From contig OZ024758.1 of the NCBI GenBank assembly GCA_964016885.1, positions 28,334,001 to 28,398,000 on the forward strand: a DNA stretch of 64,000 nt. Reading direction: 5' to 3'. Numbering within the stretch: the stretch's first letter is position 1; every line of letters starts with the position of its first letter. The translations under genes were made by a program, and so were the position numbers. Shown piece after piece: positions 60,620 to 64,000 of the stretch. The DNA is from Eledone cirrhosa (lineage: Eukaryota). Below the pieces are notes generated by a model. It saw only the letters and a program-made list of their open reading frames with translations. It was not told the origin of the DNA and ran no database searches.

Positions 60620-62820
60620 CAGAGTCGACTATGTTGTAAATACTTGGACCAAATTTCAGACAAGAGAATATCATAATCTTTTGACACTGATTTACAGTAC
60701 ACATTTTGAAGTATGGTGGTGTCATCAGTGGCTATAGAGAAGTAGAAGAGTTTTCCCAATAAAAGCCTACAGGAGATGGCCCTAGAGCCCAGCTCCATAG
60801 GCAATACCTCCAGAGGCTTGCCCTATCACCTAGTGCATAATTACACACCCTCTTCTCTTCAGTTCATATCTAGATCCTCAGCAAGCACGGGATTTAGAAA
60901 ATCCCATCTGTGACTATTTATATTTGTCAAATCAGTAAAATGATATCTAACTGTGTCTGGCCATACATTTTCTCTAATCTGCTTGTCTATAGGCTCCATT
61001 CAATTTAGTTTAGATGGGTTGTTACCTGTCAGATCATACCATTACAGAGTACACAGACGATGGTATCTCTGACCTAGACTCCATCAAATCTGTGGTGTCC
61101 AAAGAATTGGTTATCCTATGCTCACTTTTCCTGCTTTACATTAATGAATATATATGATAAACCAACTTCTTGATAAAAAGAGTATGAATTTGAAACATCT
61201 CTATACAGCATATAAAATATTCAATTATTTAAAAGTTGAAACAACAAACAAGAAACTATTGGAATTCTGACAAATGCATTGACTCCAGTGGTTAATCCTA
61301 TTTCAAGAAAAGGAAAAACTATTTCAGTTAAAATCAGAAATATTGCATGTGTTTCTGTTATACTAAAATAATATTTGTAAAAAGGTTAAAAATGACTTGG
61401 TTATAGTAATTGAGTATTTTAGCTGTTTGATTAACAGAATGGTCAACTTATGAAATTAGTTTGTAAATGACTGAGTATTCTATAGGCACATGTACTCTTA
61501 ATTCCCAGAGAGATTCAGTTTGTCACAATGAAACAAGGCTAGGCCTTTGATTTATAGCTACAATCCATTTGATAGGCTTCTAAACAGCTTCTGTCAACCT
61601 AATTTTCCTTACAAAGCTTGGGTTGACCTCAGGTTATGGTAAAGACATTTGCCATAGAGGTTATCAGAGGCATAACTAGAGAAAATAGCACCCATGGCAA
61701 GCAGTGAAATTGTGCTCCTGCCCAACACTGTATTTTTACCTATGGTGGTTTAATAATTTATATATAATGGTTTAATGATCCAGCCACCATAGTGTTCTCA
61801 CTCCTGGTAATCAGAGACAGAGCATACATCTGAAGGAATTTCTTTTTTCAGTCGCCGGCGAGGCTTATTTGATTTTAATAGAATATGCTCCTAGTTCAAG
61901 TGGGGCCTCCTTCATGTGGCCCATAGCATGTACCATGCTTGCCACACCCAAGTTATGCCTCTGGATGTTATAGTGTATTTTAACCTAGAAACTCATGATT
62001 GTGAATCAAAATTATTCAGCCATACCTACTTCAATAGTAATGTGGGTTATAAAAAATATCAACAAAAGCATCTTTTAATGTCAAAAATGCTAGTTTACTA
62101 ACATTTTTCATAAGTCATGTTCTGAGCACTGGATTCATAATGAAAAAAAGTTATTTTAGTAAATTCTTTAAAATTCTCAGTAATTTTCAAATTTGAGAGA
62201 AACCCTAAGAGGATCCTTAGAAAATACACAATTAAAGTGGATTAATTTAAATGTTGAAGTAAAAATACTCATGACAATTACAGTAGAGAAATAACAAAGT
62301 TTACCCATCACAGTATTTTTAAAAGTTATCAAGCAATAACATTTTAATAAGTCCTTGAGTAATAACATAATATTTTGGATGTCGTTCTTGTTATTGAAAA
62401 ATCATCATCAGCATCATAAAGACATTTTACATTTTTGTTCATATATTTTATTTTAACATTTTTCTTATATGAATCAGTTATATTCATTCTTCCTTATGCC
62501 TTCATTAGTGTCTGTACATCTGCTTGCTCTTAATTAGAATCATTGTTTCAATCACAGATACATCTGGCACTTCTTTCTTTTCAAAACTTCTATAATCTTA
62601 CTTCTTTCAATATATATATATATTTTTGCGTTTTTTTTTTTATTTCAAATCTGTTTAAGTTTTATTAATAGAAGATATTTCATATCCTAATTTGCTGAAT
62701 TAATATCTATAATTATTCTATAAGCTGCAAGACTGTTGATTCAAATCAAAATTAATTTTGCAGACAGTTATTTTAATGAAATCCTGGATATATTGTATTA
62801 TTTACTAAAATTAAGATATA

Positions 62821-63112
62821 GCTTCTTCTTGTCGTGTCCACAACAATGTCAATTACAAAGCTTGGCTAGATGTGATTCCACCACAGCTGAACACATTGCT
62901 GTCCTTTCTCATTAAACTCTGCCAAGTCCAAATCTGTGCAGGAGTATTCCAGCATGGGGCATATCAGGAGGTGCTGCGTAGTCTGTGGTGTGATGCCGCA
63001 GTCACACACAACGCCCCATCCTTTAAATATCCCCATTTTGCAAGAGTGACTTTTGCACGTCCAACACCAGATCTTAGTCTGTTTAGGCATTTCTAGGGGG
63101 CAGTGCCTCACT
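62821..63112 (-). mobile_element. 3' end of a Vingi/RTEX-like LINE
   Basis: Frameshifted CLNRLRSGVGRAKVTLAKWGY / CDCGITPQTTQHLLICP..WNHI*; ends GGACACGACAAGAAGAAG. Confidence 0.7.
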
Positions 63113-63871
63113 TGCCTTTAGCAAATAAAATAATGTATTTTGGATAAGGATATGGTGACTTTTCAATGGCAGGATTTAAAACTTGATCTTTAATTCAGGA
63201 ATTTAATAGTTAACATACAGCTGACCTCCTCTGTAAAATTGGAATGACAGCAGCCTGTCTGAGGAAGGAACCCTGTAAGGTGGGGTGGCTGTTGCAGTAG
63301 GTGTCGCTGGTCATTGTCCACAGAAATGCCTTTGCCATTTTGTCCACTGGGTGCAGCCAAAACACAGTTCTGACTTAGGTATAGAGTCTGTCACTCTCTC
63401 CCCTACCCCCTTTCTTTGCCTAATAAACTTTGCCCTTTCCCTCTTTTTCATCTCATTTATAGCATTTATAGTCCTTTCCAATACTACTTTCTTTTTCTAA
63501 ATGTTTGACTAAATATTAAATTCTTTATTGTTTTTATGTAATTTTATCCTAGAAATATATTTGAGTATTTAGAAATAAAATATTTCTTACTTCCTACACA
63601 CACTTATATATAAACAATAGTTATATTTCCCCCCTACTCAATAATTATACCCCACCCCCCTCCAAAAAAAAAAAACCTACCAAAACACACATCTATTTGT
63701 ATATACTCTACAATATATGTACATGTTATGTTTATCACATATCAAAGTTTTGTTTTATATCTTGGTTGATATTTGATAATAACAGCTAAACTTATCACTT
63801 ACAACTAAATAGATCAAATTTGGCCCCACCAATTCAGAAATGCTTCCACTGCCCCTGAGAAAGTAAAACCT

Positions 63872-64000
63872 TCAACCCTTTAGCATTTACATTATTCTAT
63901 ATATACTATTGTATTTTTGTGGTAAAGGTATAATATCGAATCTATCAGATATTGATGTTATTTATTTTGAGAACAATACCTTAACATCAATATGAGCGGC
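63872..64000 (-). mobile_element. piggyBac-like MITE copy, cut by the window end
   Basis: TCAA-CCCTTTAGCATTTACATT and a body like the other copies. Confidence 0.85.

Noticed and set aside
60660-61130. Coding-looking segment with TDDTTIL (similar decayed pieces at ~29950-30360 and 45120-45500)
   Set aside because: Stops and frameshifts; probably old LINE RT debris, too decayed to classify.
56545-64000. Further upstream CAPS exon
   Set aside because: No splice-bounded segment resembling the preceding CAPS sequence was found; probably outside the window.

Overview
AT-rich animal genomic DNA, most likely an octopod cephalopod (inferred from SINE types, TA microsatellites and composition). The minus strand carries the last seven phase-0 coding exons of a CAPS/CADPS/unc-31 gene (56544 down to the stop at 29743). 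A candidate 36-nt in-frame micro-exon lies at 50788-50823, and a possibly ~16 kb 3' UTR follows the stop. One intron holds an apparently intact 5.65 kb Tx1/L1-clade LINE (ORF1 with zinc knuckle; ORF2 EN-RT-zinc finger). It is inserted into the 72-bp internal tandem array of a TTAA-flanked piggyBac-like MITE, which has seven copies in the window. The last intron (31.6-35.4 kb) contains a dense cluster of sequence-unrelated type I hammerhead ribozyme motifs of the minimal Penelope-like-element (PLE) kind, mostly next to (TA)n tracts. Several sit in inverted repeats, including a perfect 344-bp palindrome. The rest is five large minisatellites, tRNA-derived SINEs, RTE/Vingi-like LINE ends and microsatellites. 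No CRISPR array, rRNA or true tRNA gene was found. All calls were made by eye, without database searches.
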